NCBI RefSeq assembly: GCF_000143415.4 | Contig: NW_003314332.1 | Location: 806,001 to 870,000, forward strand | Reading direction: 5' to 3' | Length of the DNA: 64,000 nucleotides | Origin: Selaginella moellendorffii | Taxonomy: Eukaryota; Plantae; Lycopodiophyta | Part shown: piece by piece, positions 63,466-64,000 of the stretch | How positions within the stretch are numbered: the first letter of the stretch is position 1 | How the letters are laid out: every line of letters begins with the position of its first letter | The notes under the pieces: model-generated | Databases searched by the model: none | Told to the model about the DNA's origin: nothing | What the model saw: only the letters and a program-made list of their open reading frames with translations | Made by a program: the position numbers and the translations under genes

Positions 63466-64000
63466 TAAACGGGGCCTTTTATTTTCCAGTAAAAAACCAA
63501 AAAGACTGGGCATGGTTTCGTTGGGCACAAAACCAGCAAAGAGCCTTTATCTAGAGGAGCCTACAATGGAAGTACCAACGGAAAGGGGGGTTGCTCGTGA
63601 ACTGGCGCCCGAAGGTCTTCCGAGATGCGTCACCTGGAACCATTCATCCAGCAGTGTCCACATCCATTCCCGAGTACCTGCCTCCCCTTGCTTCCACAAA
63701 AAATGCCAGATCTGTGCTTCTTTTCTTGCTTTTTCAGGACCATTTCTTCCTCCTCTCTTTTCCAGTTGTAGGACCCGGGCTGCTGCTGCAGTTATCATTC
63801 TAGACCACACCCGTGACGCTACCACCCTTGGTCCTTCTTCCCTGTCGTTAAAGATTCTGTTGCACCGGGCTTTCCATACTTCCCACATTGTAATTCCTCT
63901 CAATAGGTCCATTATCTCTGTTGGAATTCCTTCTGTGTCTATTCGAGTTGTGTTGAGCTGATCAAACCGCGGTGCCCCTTCTTCTATTGCTGCCCATTTC
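63466..64000 (-). mobile_element. 3' end of a second LINE family, L-b
   Basis: WEVWKARCNRIF..RVWSRMI..EAGTREWMW is homologous at protein level to the L-a C-terminus but has a different DNA sequence and 3' UTR; abuts the same target motif. Confidence 0.8.

Overview
Eukaryotic (land plant) DNA: a single decayed 45S rDNA unit riddled with nested transposable elements. The ~50-60 nt introns and the 5.8S start ACTCTCAGCAACGG suggest a non-seed plant, possibly a Selaginella-like lycophyte (inference). Left to right: a NAP1 pseudogene fragment; an rDNA spacer with a plant Pol I start motif (TATAGTAGGG, 2269-2278); ETS subrepeats; and pseudogenised 18S, 5.8S and 26S. Inserted into this unit are: (i) a non-coding Ty3/gypsy-derived LTR family 'A' (two complete elements, one truncated element, one solo LTR, one fragment); (ii) a gag-pol Ty3/gypsy element 'B' lacking integrase; (iii) a 5S-bearing Cassandra TRIM and a 72-bp mini solo LTR; (iv) two copies of an 11-12.5 kb TIR DNA transposon (4-bp TSD, Sola-like transposase) with ParB-like, methyltransferase-like and FCP1-like phosphatase cargo and ~25-30 dispersed 22-bp palindromes; (v) tandem 5'-truncated L1-clade LINEs at one 26S target; (vi) an unclassified 2-kb insertion. 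The most notable observations are LTRs that appear to have captured the host Pol I promoter, the ParB-like cargo plus palindrome system of the DNA transposon, and a 26S-site-specific plant LINE. All calls were made by eye; no searches or alignments were run.
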